A DNA stretch of 64,000 nucleotides from Bacteroidales bacterium (GCA_045601425.1 JAZRZP010000040.1:80081-144080), one strand, 5' to 3'; shown: positions 1 to 9,700, counted from the stretch's first letter. The notes: a model not told the origin generated them from the sequence alone. A program made the numbers and translations.

Positions 1-2002
1 TTCTGGTACACATGTAGATGTCGTAATATCCAAGTCCGCCGTGCCGGTCCGACGTGAAGTAAAGTGTTTTGAGGTCGTGGCTGAGGACAGGGGAGCGTTC
101 GCTGAAATCGGAGTTTACTTTTGGACCGAGGTTTACGGGTTCTCCCCAATTGTCGCCGTTTTTGGGTATGTAGTAAATGTCGCTGGCCAAAGCGGTATCG
201 CCGTGGAACAGCATTCCCGACAGGTTTACGTTGTATCCGCCGGGGCGGTCGGAAATGAACAGCATTCCTGTGCCGTCGGGTGTGAAGTTTGCGTCACCTT
301 CATAGAAGCTGCCGTTCAGCGAATTGTTTTTTATTTTTTCTGCGTACCAAGTCGTGTCTTTCTTTTTCGCAATATATATGTCTCCACCTTTGCCGGTAAG
401 CATCAGTTTCCCGTTTTCGCTCATGCTGAAAAACTGCATTTTGTCATTTTCGGTTCCGCTGAAATTCACGAGTTCTATTTTTGATTTCACGTTTTTGGAG
501 CTTGGAATTTTTGTTTTTGCCACCTGTGTGAAGAAATCCGTTTTTTTCGTGAAGTAAATGGATGCGTCGGCATCGTTTTTCTGTGCGTTCAAAACATTGA
601 CGTGCGTGGGAGCGAAAACCTCCGAGGGTTTGTTTTTGGAAGTTGTGGCAAGCAATGTCCGCAGTTTCATGTAATCTTCGTAGCAGTTGTCTTCGAAGCA
701 GAGTTCGTACTTGTCGAGTAGGGCAATGGCTTCGTTCCAGTTGTTTTTTGCTGTCAGTGGCTGTATTATTCTTTGCAGAAACACGAGCGACATGCCGTAT
801 CTCATATATTTTTTCACGTATTCTCCGTATGTTGCCGCATCATTTTCGTCAAAAGGTTTCATGACTTCAATTTTGTCGATTTCTTCAGCTGTTTTCAGGT
901 CATCTTCAACAACGAAAGACAGTGGAAAGTTGGGGTTCTGTTTTTTGAAAAGCACGACAGGTGCCATATTCCCTTCTTTTGAAAATCGGTGATAGTATGA
1001 CTTGTATACATCATTGTAGTTGTCATCGTTTGGGAAGTTGGAAAGATAGAGTTTCAGGGCTTCGGAGTTTTTGTAAGAGGTTGCCATTTTTATGAGTGAG
1101 TCGACAGCTTGTTCGCTTTGGGGCATATCGCTGTTTTTTAGTGCGAAATCACAATATTCCTTGGGTGTTTTAAGGTATTTCAGCTGATTGGCGAGCAGTG
1201 TGTCCATGGTGTTCAGTACGACATCGTACTTGTTGCTTGTCGGGTACTTGCGAAGAAAATTCCTGTAGGCTGAGTATGTGTTTTCCATGCAGGCTTCGCG
1301 GTAAGCTATTTCGCTTTTCTGTCGGGTGCCGAGTTGTATTATTTGTGGCTCGGTATAGCCGTTGAGTATGGAGTCAACTTCGGTTTCGCTTTGTGCGAAA
1401 GACAGTTTGTCGGTGAGTATTTTCGTGAGTTTTGCTACGATTTCAGAGCGTTCTTCGCCAACAGGGTTTTCGGCGAGGTATTCTTTGTATGCTTTTTCGG
1501 TGCCGAGTTCCAGTGCGTGTCTGTACTTGTTTTTGTTGTTTTGCAGTGCAAGCTGGCGGATGATGACCCTGTCGTTTGGGAAGGCTTTTCTGAAGGCTTC
1601 CGTTTCAGATGGCTGAATTCCGTTTTTGACGTACTTGCGTGCCTCGTCGATTATAAACTGTTTTCTCTGGCGGAGTTCCACAATGGTAAAACCTTTTTTT
1701 ATCAGTCGGTTTACTTCGCGGTATTTGCTTTTGTCCAGAGCCAGTTCGCGGTATTTTTTTTCAGAAATCTGTATGTAATCCATGGCAAGTGGCAGGTTTC
1801 GCATCGGGTTGTCGGCTTCGGAATAGAAATATGCCAATGCTGCGATGGCTGCAATGTCGTTGGGCGATTTTACATAGTTGTTGTGCAGTTTCGTGTATTC
1901 GTTTTTGTAGTGTTCAAAGCGGTTGGTGTCGCCTGCAGCCCATAGTGCTGGCGTGAAGCAGGCAAGCAGTAGTAAAACGAAAATTTTATTATTTGCCGGC
2001 AT
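1..2002 (-). CDS. TPR-like / TolB-like (PD40) beta-propeller protein, PorE-like; start codon at 2002-2000, 3' end runs off the window (partial, >667 aa)
   Basis: Minus-strand frame read by hand from ATG at 2002 stays open to position 1. N-terminal signal with possible lipobox (MPANNKIFVLLLLAC). Helical TPR-like N-terminal half, then PD40-type repeats (FTPDGTGMLFISDRPGGYN; FTSDRHGGLGYYDIYMC). The plus-strand ORFs in the track here look like shadow frames. Confidence 0.6.
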   Translation of the reverse strand, partial: MPANNKIFVLLLLACFTPALWAAGDTNRFEHYKNEYTKLHNNYVKSPNDIAAIAALAYFYSEADNPMRNLPLAMDYIQISEKKYRELALDKSKYREVNRLIKKGFTIVELRQRKQFIIDEARKYVKNGIQPSETEAFRKAFPNDRVIIRQLALQNNKNKYRHALELGTEKAYKEYLAENPVGEERSEIVAKLTKILTDKLSFAQSETEVDSILNGYTEPQIIQLGTRQKSEIAYREACMENTYSAYRNFLRKYPTSNKYDVVLNTMDTLLANQLKYLKTPKEYCDFALKNSDMPQSEQAVDSLIKMATSYKNSEALKLYLSNFPNDDNYNDVYKSYYHRFSKEGNMAPVVLFKKQNPNFPLSFVVEDDLKTAEEIDKIEVMKPFDENDAATYGEYVKKYMRYGMSLVFLQRIIQPLTAKNNWNEAIALLDKYELCFEDNCYEDYMKLRTLLATTSKNKPSEVFAPTHVNVLNAQKNDADASIYFTKKTDFFTQVAKTKIPSSKNVKSKIELVNFSGTENDKMQFFSMSENGKLMLTGKGGDIYIAKKKDTTWYAEKIKNNSLNGSFYEGDANFTPDGTGMLFISDRPGGYNVNLSGMLFHGDTALASDIYYIPKNGDNWGEPVNLGPKVNSDFSERSPVLSHDLKTLYFTSDRHGGLGYYDIYMCTR

Positions 2003-2004
2003 TT

Positions 2005-2541
2005 TCAGTTCAGGTTTATTGTATTCAGAATCTGTTCAAATTCCTCTTTTAGCTGGTTGAAAGTGTCGAGCGATGTTTCGAGCCGGAATTCTACGAGCGT
2101 TTTTTTGTAGACGAAGTAAATCATGTAAAACTGGCATTGCATTCCGCTTTTATCCGTGTATTGACCGATGTAGCCAATGGCATCTTCGGTAGGCAAGAAC
2201 TGCGAAGCCGTAAATTCTTCAACTACGACGAACGGCTGTTTCATGAAGCGGCGCAAGGCGAAATCCATGGCCGTGCTGTTTCCGGTGTTTTTTTTCACGT
2301 AGATACGCAAGAACGGCAGTACGGTGTCGTTCTTTTTCGAAAGCACGCACACGGTTCTTGAATACAGGTATATTGTCGTGTTTTCGTCAACATTGGTGGT
2401 TTGGAGGTATTTCCAGCCACCTTCGGGAAAATCAAAGTTGAAGTGTGAATTCGGCAGCCTGATTTGTGCTGAAACTGACATTGCAAGCATTAGAAAAAGG
2501 ACGGCAGATATTTTGTTTTTCATGTGTTTGTGTGTGTTCAT
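2005..2541 (-). CDS. hypothetical secreted protein (signal peptide)
   Basis: 178 aa ORF with N-terminal signal peptide (KISAVLFLMLAMSVSAQ). Sits tightly between the T9SS cargo gene and the PorE-like gene on the same strand. Confidence 0.5.
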   Translation of the reverse strand: MNTHKHMKNKISAVLFLMLAMSVSAQIRLPNSHFNFDFPEGGWKYLQTTNVDENTTIYLYSRTVCVLSKKNDTVLPFLRIYVKKNTGNSTAMDFALRRFMKQPFVVVEEFTASQFLPTEDAIGYIGQYTDKSGMQCQFYMIYFVYKKTLVEFRLETSLDTFNQLKEEFEQILNTINLN

Positions 2542-2610
2542 TTTTCGAGTTGTATTTCAGTAAAACCGGAACAGATTCAAGGAATCTGTTCCGGTACAAT
2601 TTCGTGAAAT

Positions 2611-5556
2611 CTATTTCAATACGTGTATGGATCCCGTTTTGTCTATGTTCCCGTTGTAGCCTTTGGCTATGAATCGGTAGAAATAGACACCGGCCGGAAA
2701 GTTTTTTGGATCCCAGAACTGGTTGCGTTCGCTGATGTTTTTTTCATAATACACGCGGTGGCCGTTTGCATCGTATATCGAAAGTTCGAAGTTGTAGAAG
2801 CCGTTGCCGTCAATCAGGTTCTTGATTTCGAAGATGTCGTTTATTCCGTCACCGTTGGGGGTTACCGCATTGGGGAACTGCAGGTAATCGTTTATTATCC
2901 TGATTTTGTGTTCCATCGTGTCGCGGCATTCTACCACGTTTCCGGTTGGGCTTATGTTCTTTTCGGCGGCAATTAGTTTTACGAGATATGTTCCCGGAAG
3001 GTCGTCAATGTCACCCTCCCAAGTGTATGATGTGTTTTCTTCGTAAGGTATTGTGGTTACGGTAATGTCTTCCTCCTTGTCGTATTGTATTTCCCAGAAA
3101 TAATTCACATCCTGATTGTGGTGTGTGGTTTTGTTCATGAGTTCAACCGTCGGCGATTTTGCCTCGGGGTATTCTGGTGTCCAGCCGAATTCCGCGTGCG
3201 GTCCGGGATATACTTTTACCAGACCCGGATATATCAGGGAATCCTTGCATCCGTTGTCGGTTATTGCATAGAATTTGAATCTGTATTCACCTTCGGAATA
3301 TACGTGTTTCGGATTTTTTTCATTTGATATTATGCCGTCGCCGAATTCCCATCTGTAGCGTGTGGCTCCCACTGTCGTGTTTTCGATTTTCAGAGTAAAC
3401 GGGTCGCAGCCTTCTATGGGGTAAACGTTGGGTACGAAATTTGCCACAGGTTGCGGCGAAACGACAATTACTATGGTATCGCGTGTACGGCAGTAAATTC
3501 CTTCATCGTGGTTGGTGACCTCCACTTCATAGGTTGTTGTCTTTCCCTGATTTCTCGGTGTGTTTATCACTTGTGTGGAATCGAAAGTGGGTTCCCATAC
3601 AAATGAATATGTGGGTAGCGACGAATGTGCATCGCCGGCATCGAGACGTACTGTTTCAACGTCGCATATTGTGAGGTCGTCGCCGAGGTTGGGCTGAGGA
3701 GTCCACACTGTGGTTATTGTGGTTGTCGTGTCCCAAATGCAGCCATAATCGTCAATGATTCTTATGCCGACGTCGAAAGTTCCTGCGGTATCGGGAGTGC
3801 TGAGCTGGGCTGTCTGTGCGGCAACGGGTTCTATTAACACGCCGGGAGTTTCCATCCATATTACAGTGTCTATGTCAACTTGGTATTCGCAATCGGAAAT
3901 TTTTATGTTGCACAAATCCATGGACCAGCTGAATACCCAACCGTTGTCGGAGCTCCAGAGGTCACACACTTCTATGGCCCATTGCCCGTTCAGAGGGCAG
4001 CCTACCAATGTGCTGAAGTTGTCGGCGGGGGTGTAGTATCCGCTTTTTGCCGCATAGTCGCTTGAGTCTGTGGTGGAGAATGTCTGGGGACCTCCTGCCG
4101 TTCCCGGTCTGTATCTGGTCATGGCGGGGAAATTGTATGTAACCTGATGTTGCAGACCCGCGGAGGTGATGCATCCGCGGCTGTTGTCGTATTCGCTGTT
4201 GAGCGACCAGCAGTAGTTCCAGCCCACGCCAGGGGTATTGTATAGCGAATCGCATGTTGATGTTCCGGAACCGTCCCAAGTATGATGGTTGTTGCCTCCG
4301 TAAGGCAGACCGAGGAAGCTACTTCCACCGCCACCGCAGGTACCTGTGGTTGGCTGGTTTTTGAGCATGGCTTGGCTTCCGTTAGGGCAAACTATGGCAA
4401 TGCTGATGTCGCCCATATATTCATGTTCCATGTTCACGCAGATGGAGCAGATGTCTTCTTTCGACTCGATTTTTTTACCTGAAGGGAACTGGTCAAAAGT
4501 TACGGGAGCCCTGTAGCATTGCACTGCACAGTTTGGTCCGTCGGGGATAAATGTCTGAATTACGTATGAGGCCGTAGCTTCGTTTTTGAATTCGATTGGC
4601 GTCACGTTGATGGTTGAGTTCACACCGTAGCCCACATCTATAGGGAGAGTTACTCTGTTGCAGATTGTCTGCAGCGGGTAAATGGTCTTGATAGGGTTTC
4701 GTGCCACACGGACACGTACCTGTTCAAGCTGTGTAGAAGGACAGTTCTTCTCATCGGTAATCATCAGGTTCACGGTGTAGCACCGTACGTCGGTAAAGCG
4801 GTACCCAGCTTCGGTAATGCCTACGCCAAGGACGGAATCTTTTTCAGTGAAAAACCATTTGAACGTACTTGTGGTATCTGTCGGATGGTAATATCCGAAA
4901 TCGGAGCCGTAGACTCCGGATGCGCTAAGTGCAATGGTGTCGTTTACACACAAGTCGATGGTTCTGAAATAGTTGGTATCAACGCCATGTTCCACGGAGT
5001 CTATCTCAAAATCGTTTTTTATCTTCATGCGAGTGCGGCTTCCGCCGGAAATTTTGTAGTAATAGTCGTCAATGACCGGATAGCTGTTTTCGCAAGGATA
5101 ACCGCAGGCTGCACCTATTACAAATCCGTCACCGCGATTTCTGTCGTTGTTTGAAACGAAACGTATTGTAAGGCATCCGCTCGTATTGTTTATGCTTGGA
5201 TAAAAGCGCTTGTTGAGCATGCTTGTATCATTGTTGCCCTTGGCCAAAAGCCGTGCCGATGTGGAATTGCCGTCGTAGATGTATAGTGTGTCGGTAGGGT
5301 CGACGTCGAATTCGGAAATTGTCAGTCCCATGCGGTATGAGTGGAAGGTACATGTGCCGCAGAAGGTTACGCTGTAATCTTCGTTGGATAGGTATGTTCC
5401 TTCGTTCCCTCCACTGTCGTATAGGAATGCACCTTCGGAGCTCACCGTTATTGTGGTCCCGTTGATGGTTGAATTCAGTTTGTATGTCGGGGCTTGAGCA
5501 ACGGCAAAATGTACTGTTGCCAATAACAAACTCAGTGTGAATATGTTTTTTTTCAT
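2611..5556 (-). CDS. large secreted adhesin-like protein with PKD-like repeats and T9SS type-B C-terminal sorting domain (gliding motility-associated CTD, TIGR04131-like)
   Basis: 981 aa with signal peptide. C-terminal ~80 aa contain the PNGDGINDIF motif typical of the type-B CTD. Thr/Asn/Gly-rich beta-rich repeats. Confidence 0.8.
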   Translation of the reverse strand: MKKNIFTLSLLLATVHFAVAQAPTYKLNSTINGTTITVSSEGAFLYDSGGNEGTYLSNEDYSVTFCGTCTFHSYRMGLTISEFDVDPTDTLYIYDGNSTSARLLAKGNNDTSMLNKRFYPSINNTSGCLTIRFVSNNDRNRGDGFVIGAACGYPCENSYPVIDDYYYKISGGSRTRMKIKNDFEIDSVEHGVDTNYFRTIDLCVNDTIALSASGVYGSDFGYYHPTDTTSTFKWFFTEKDSVLGVGITEAGYRFTDVRCYTVNLMITDEKNCPSTQLEQVRVRVARNPIKTIYPLQTICNRVTLPIDVGYGVNSTINVTPIEFKNEATASYVIQTFIPDGPNCAVQCYRAPVTFDQFPSGKKIESKEDICSICVNMEHEYMGDISIAIVCPNGSQAMLKNQPTTGTCGGGGSSFLGLPYGGNNHHTWDGSGTSTCDSLYNTPGVGWNYCWSLNSEYDNSRGCITSAGLQHQVTYNFPAMTRYRPGTAGGPQTFSTTDSSDYAAKSGYYTPADNFSTLVGCPLNGQWAIEVCDLWSSDNGWVFSWSMDLCNIKISDCEYQVDIDTVIWMETPGVLIEPVAAQTAQLSTPDTAGTFDVGIRIIDDYGCIWDTTTTITTVWTPQPNLGDDLTICDVETVRLDAGDAHSSLPTYSFVWEPTFDSTQVINTPRNQGKTTTYEVEVTNHDEGIYCRTRDTIVIVVSPQPVANFVPNVYPIEGCDPFTLKIENTTVGATRYRWEFGDGIISNEKNPKHVYSEGEYRFKFYAITDNGCKDSLIYPGLVKVYPGPHAEFGWTPEYPEAKSPTVELMNKTTHHNQDVNYFWEIQYDKEEDITVTTIPYEENTSYTWEGDIDDLPGTYLVKLIAAEKNISPTGNVVECRDTMEHKIRIINDYLQFPNAVTPNGDGINDIFEIKNLIDGNGFYNFELSIYDANGHRVYYEKNISERNQFWDPKNFPAGVYFYRFIAKGYNGNIDKTGSIHVLK

Positions 5557-5563
5557 AACTCGC

Positions 5564-6073
5564 TTATCTTTGTTGATTTCTTCTGTTGGTATTTGCTTTT
5601 TCCAAAATCAGACATCTGTCGTTGATGTCGTTGTAATGCCTCAGTACCAGATATTTTACCTTTTTGCCGGTGCCGACTTTGAAGTATGATTCTTCGTAGT
5701 AATGCTGGTATTGGAAATCTTCGAAATTGTAAGCAAAATAGCTGAAAGTATCTAAATCTATTTCAATGTCTTGCAGAAGATTTTTGTTCGTAATCTTGTT
5801 CTTTACAGCAGAAATGTCATACACGTGTGCGTTCTGTGGAGGACGGTTTGCCCAGTAGAAGGCATTCTGTGCGAAATTGCAGTAGTAGTCGATTTTTGCT
5901 TGGGGGAGGTTATTGTAAACATCGGGAGTTTGGGCAAACATCGGACGTACGAGTTTGTCGCAATCCTGTGCCGAAATCACATTTTGTGCTGATGCAAAAA
6001 ATATCGCAACCGCCGTCAAAACAAGCGAAAACTTTCTGTTATCGTGCATGTTATATATGTTTTTTAGTTTCAT
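5564..6073 (-). CDS. hypothetical secreted protein
   Basis: 169 aa, signal peptide (FSLVLTAVAIFFASAQ). Promoter box upstream on the minus strand. Confidence 0.5.
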   Translation of the reverse strand: MKLKNIYNMHDNRKFSLVLTAVAIFFASAQNVISAQDCDKLVRPMFAQTPDVYNNLPQAKIDYYCNFAQNAFYWANRPPQNAHVYDISAVKNKITNKNLLQDIEIDLDTFSYFAYNFEDFQYQHYYEESYFKVGTGKKVKYLVLRHYNDINDRCLILEKANTNRRNQQR

Positions 6074-6078
6074 ATTGT

Positions 6079-6151
6079 GCAGTTTTTGTTCAATATCAAT
6101 GTATGTATTTACATGCCTAAAATGTTGATTTTAAACAGTTTTTGTTCAATA
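6079..6151. repeat. two copies of 17-bp direct repeat GCAGTTTTTGTTCAATA / ACAGTTTTTGTTCAATA (6079-6095 and 6135-6151)
   Basis: 16/17 identical, spaced 56 bp, in the leader immediately upstream of the start codon of the 5564..6073 gene. Confidence 0.75.
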
Positions 6152-6184
6152 AAACATACGTTTCAGGACAAATACACCAAATCG

Positions 6185-6192
6185 CAAAGATA
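6185..6192 (-). promoter_or_regulatory. -7 promoter box (GTATCTTTGCGA on minus) for the 5564..6073 gene
   Basis: CAAAGATA on plus, ~112 bp upstream of the start; the two direct repeats lie between the box and the ATG. Confidence 0.45.
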
Positions 6193-6365
6193 CAATCTTT
6201 TTTTGAAAAAAACAAATTTTTTTGCAACTGACTGTTTCGGTGGATTCCATGTAAAAAGTGAAGCGGACAAAAATATCAAGGCAATATTTTCAGACACGTT
6301 CCTACGGAACCACATTCTTGCAAGATATGGTTCGTGAATTTGGGAGGTGTCTTTTCCGGCAGTTT

Positions 6366-8594
6366 TCAGTTTCCGTAATCGGATATGAATTTCAGGCGTA
6401 CGAGACGAATTTCTTCTTCAGTGTATTCTTCTTCTTCGGCAAATTCAGCGAATGCTTCCTCTATTGAGTCGCTTTCCGAATTCATGAAGTAGTCCCAGAT
6501 TTCTTCCTTGTGGTCTTCGTCCACGTAGTTGTCTACGTAGTAGTTCATGTTGAGTTTTGTACCCGAAGCCACAATGTGTTCCATTTCGGTGAGTACTTCA
6601 TCGCGGGTGATTTTCTTGATGTTGCAGACATCTTCGAGAGGGGTTTTTCTGTCAACCGACTGGATGATGAAAATCTTGTGGTCTTTTGATTTGTTGGCCA
6701 CCGATCGAACCACAATGTCCTGCGGACGTTCAATGTTGTTTTCCTCTATGTATTTCTTGATGACATCAATGAATGGCTGTCCGTATTTCTTGGCCTTGTT
6801 TACGCCTACTCCCGACACCATTGACATTTCTTCGATGTTGGTGGGGTATTGTATGGTCATGTCCTGCAGCGAACGTTCTTCGAAAATGATGTATGGCGGG
6901 AGTTTCTCTCGGCGGGCAATGTCTTCCTGCAGACTCTTGAGCAGACCGTAGAGCTGTTCGTCGCCCGATGAGGCGGCACCTGCGGTATCGGCAGCCACAA
7001 TGGTTTCGTCCGATACGTCTTCCGAGTAGTCATGGTCGCAGCTGACATATACGGGATAGCTGTTGCGTATGTATTTTATGCCGGCCGGAGTGATTTTCAG
7101 GATTCCGAAACTTTCTATTTCTTTCTCTATCAACCGTTCAAAAACGGCCTGCCGTATTACGGCTTTCCAGTAAAGTTCGTCCTTGTCTTTGCCTTTGCCA
7201 AACTGTGTGAGTTTGTGGTGGCGGTGTGTCTTGGTAAAGGTGTTGTGCCGTCCCAATATAACATCTACAATGACTTTGGCTTTGAACGACTGGCGTGTTG
7301 CGACAATGGTTTCCAGAACATAGGCCATGTCTTCCTGCACTTCGATGCGTTCTTTCGGGTGCAGACAGTTGTCGCAGTTGCCGCAGTTTTCCACATTGTA
7401 CTCTTCTCCGAAATATTTCAGAATGTTGACTCTGCGGCAAACCGACGATTCGGCGTACGAAACAACTTCCTGTATCAGTTGGTTGGCCTGTTCCTGTTCT
7501 TCAGGATTTTTGTCGTTGAAGAATTTGTAGAGTTTTTCCACATCGTGGTCAGAGTAGAATGCTATGCATTTTCCTTCGCCGCCATCGCGTCCCGCACGTC
7601 CTGTTTCCTGATAATAACCTTCCACGCTTTTCGGAATGTCGTAGTGTATCACGAAGCGTACGTCGGGCTTGTCGATGCCCATACCGAAAGCTATGGTGGC
7701 CACTATCACGTCAACTTCTTCCATGAGAAACTTGTCTTGATTTTCGTTGCGGGTTTTGGTGTCAAGTCCTGCATGGTAGGGCAGTGATTTTATGTTGTTG
7801 ATGCGGAGAAGTTCGGAAATTTCCTCGACTTTTTTGCGTGTGAGGCAGTATATGATGCCCGATTTGTGCGGATTGTCTTTTATAAAACGTATTATCTCCT
7901 TATTAAGCACCATGGGGTCTGATGGTTTCGGACGTACTTCGTAGTAAAGGTTCGGACGGTTGAACGACGAGATGAAGAGTTTGGCATTCTCCATGTTCAG
8001 GTTTCGGATTATGTCCTGCTGTACTTTGGGGGTTGCCGAGGCTGTGAGTGCCAGAATGGGAGTTTTCTTGTTTATGGCATTGATGGCTTCGCGGAGCCTC
8101 CGGTATTCCGGCCGGAAATCGTGTCCCCATTCCGAAATACAGTGTGCCTCGTCAATGGCTATGAACGGAATCTTCAGGTGTTTCAGAAAATCAATGGTGT
8201 CGGGTTTGGAAAGGGTTTCGGGAGCAACGTAGAGGAGTTTCGTGTTGTCGGCCATCAGGTCGTCCTTCACTTCTTTGGTCTGCTGTTTGTTGAGTGTGGA
8301 GTTGAGAAAATGTGCCACGCAGTTGTTGCCGGAGTTGTAGCGTACTGCATCGACTTGGTTCTTCATTAGGGCAATGAGAGGAGAAACGACAATCGTAGTG
8401 CCTTCCGAAATGATGGCCGGAAGCTGGTAACACAACGACTTTCCTCCGCCGGTGGGCATTATCACGAAAGTGTCTTTCCCAGAAAGTATGCTTTCGATTA
8501 TTTCTTTCTGCTCACCTTTGAAATGGTCGAAACCGAAATGTTCTTTCAGAGATTTTTCCAAATCTGCTGTTTTTATCTCCTCTTTTTTTCTCAT
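6366..8594 (-). CDS. recQ: ATP-dependent DNA helicase RecQ
   Basis: Helicase motifs (PTGGGKSLCYQLP; DEAH box IDEAHCISEWGHDFRPEY), RQC zinc-binding region and a C-terminal HRDC-like domain. Start chosen at the internal Met (MRKKEE...) typical of RecQ N-termini; the ORF extends to 8717 in the track. Confidence 0.85.
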   Translation of the reverse strand: MRKKEEIKTADLEKSLKEHFGFDHFKGEQKEIIESILSGKDTFVIMPTGGGKSLCYQLPAIISEGTTIVVSPLIALMKNQVDAVRYNSGNNCVAHFLNSTLNKQQTKEVKDDLMADNTKLLYVAPETLSKPDTIDFLKHLKIPFIAIDEAHCISEWGHDFRPEYRRLREAINAINKKTPILALTASATPKVQQDIIRNLNMENAKLFISSFNRPNLYYEVRPKPSDPMVLNKEIIRFIKDNPHKSGIIYCLTRKKVEEISELLRINNIKSLPYHAGLDTKTRNENQDKFLMEEVDVIVATIAFGMGIDKPDVRFVIHYDIPKSVEGYYQETGRAGRDGGEGKCIAFYSDHDVEKLYKFFNDKNPEEQEQANQLIQEVVSYAESSVCRRVNILKYFGEEYNVENCGNCDNCLHPKERIEVQEDMAYVLETIVATRQSFKAKVIVDVILGRHNTFTKTHRHHKLTQFGKGKDKDELYWKAVIRQAVFERLIEKEIESFGILKITPAGIKYIRNSYPVYVSCDHDYSEDVSDETIVAADTAGAASSGDEQLYGLLKSLQEDIARREKLPPYIIFEERSLQDMTIQYPTNIEEMSMVSGVGVNKAKKYGQPFIDVIKKYIEENNIERPQDIVVRSVANKSKDHKIFIIQSVDRKTPLEDVCNIKKITRDEVLTEMEHIVASGTKLNMNYYVDNYVDEDHKEEIWDYFMNSESDSIEEAFAEFAEEEEYTEEEIRLVRLKFISDYGN

Positions 8595-8661
8595 TGCTTT
8601 TTTTAACTCCTTATATTTTAACAATCTACATTTTTTTTGCCGGTAAACACAATTATTTTCG

Positions 8662-8669
8662 TATTTTTG
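8662..8669 (+). promoter_or_regulatory. Bacteroidetes -7 promoter box TATTTTTG upstream of kdsD/kpsF
   Basis: Matches the TAnnTTTG consensus 63 bp upstream of the ATG at 8732. Confidence 0.45.
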
Positions 8670-8731
8670 CACTCGCGTTTCTGATTGTAAAATTAAGAAA
8701 TTTTTCCGACATAACAAAATATTTTTTTTCG

Positions 8732-9700
8732 ATGAAAACCGAGAAAGAGATTAAAGATATTGCAAATCAGGTGTTTAGCTGTGAGAAAAAAGCTGTTGAA
8801 AAACTGTCCGAACAGTTGGATAACAACTTCTTCAAGGCCGTTGAAACCCTGTTTTTCAGCAAAGGTAGGGTGATTATTACAGGAATAGGCAAGAGTGCCA
8901 ACATCGCAAACAAGATTGTCTCCACCATGAATTCCACCGGCACGCCGGCCGTCTTCATGCACGCAGCAGATGCCATTCACGGTGATTTGGGAATCATACA
9001 GCCCGATGACGTGGTGGTGTGCATCTCCAAAAGCGGCAATACTCCAGAGATAAAAGTCCTTATTCCTCTGATAAAGAACACTGGCAATACTCTCATCGGC
9101 ATTGTGGGCAACATGGATTCTTATCTGGCAACGCAGTCCGACATAGTATTGAACACTACCGTTGATTGCGAAGCCGACCCAAACAATCTTGCACCTACGG
9201 CAAGCACCACAGCTCAGCTGGTGATGGGCGATGCTTTGGCGGTTGCACTCATAGAATGCCGCCGTTTTACCGCCAACGATTTTGCGAAATATCATCCGGG
9301 CGGTGCTTTGGGCAAGCAGCTTTACATGCGTGTTTCCGACCTATACAAGGAAAACGAGCGTCCTCTGGTGGCTCCGGAAACCGGTATACGCGAAACCATT
9401 CTGGAAATGACCGGCAAGCGTCTCGGTTGCACGGTGGTCGGCAACGGAACCACAATAGAAGGCATTATCACCGACGGTGACTTGCGCCGCATGATGAAGA
9501 GCAACAACTCTTTCGCCCACCTCAAAGCCATGGATATCATGTCTAAGTCGCCCAAGACTATCTGTGAAAACGAATTTGCAGTGAATGCACTCACTCTGAT
9601 GAGAAACTCTTCTATAACACAACTTGTTGTGGTTGATTCGGAAAACCGTTATCTCGGAGTTTTGCACCTGCACGATCTTCTCCGTGAAGGTATAATATAA
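8732..9700 (+). CDS. kdsD: arabinose-5-phosphate isomerase (KdsD/KpsF; SIS domain + tandem CBS)
   Basis: SIS domain (VIITGIGKSANIANKIVSTMNSTGTPAVFMHAADAIHGDLG) plus C-terminal CBS pair. Start moved to internal ATG at 8732 (MKTEKEIKD). Confidence 0.85.
   Translation: MKTEKEIKDIANQVFSCEKKAVEKLSEQLDNNFFKAVETLFFSKGRVIITGIGKSANIANKIVSTMNSTGTPAVFMHAADAIHGDLGIIQPDDVVVCISKSGNTPEIKVLIPLIKNTGNTLIGIVGNMDSYLATQSDIVLNTTVDCEADPNNLAPTASTTAQLVMGDALAVALIECRRFTANDFAKYHPGGALGKQLYMRVSDLYKENERPLVAPETGIRETILEMTGKRLGCTVVGNGTTIEGIITDGDLRRMMKSNNSFAHLKAMDIMSKSPKTICENEFAVNALTLMRNSSITQLVVVDSENRYLGVLHLHDLLREGII

Noticed and set aside
41-1945. Plus-strand ORFs from the track (41..484, 1334..1945 and others) at the window start
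   Set aside because: The minus strand carries one continuous, conserved-looking ORF across the entire region, with TPR/PD40 repeats and a signal peptide. The plus ORFs are its shadows.
7032-7787. 251-aa plus-strand ORF inside recQ, and a similar 242-aa ORF at 58383..59111 inside priA
   Set aside because: Codon-aligned antisense frames of strongly supported helicase genes; no motifs.
8594-8717. N-terminal extensions of several track ORFs (recQ to 8717, kdsD from 8594, bla to 24593, DUF5131 to 25594, GNAT to 28612, SPFH to 32531, MBOAT to 44174, zinc-ribbon protein to 54121)
   Set aside because: The extensions overlap neighbouring genes or encode non-conserved leader residues. Internal ATGs give N-termini matching the family consensus (for example a signal peptide or conserved first motif), so shorter coordinates were used.
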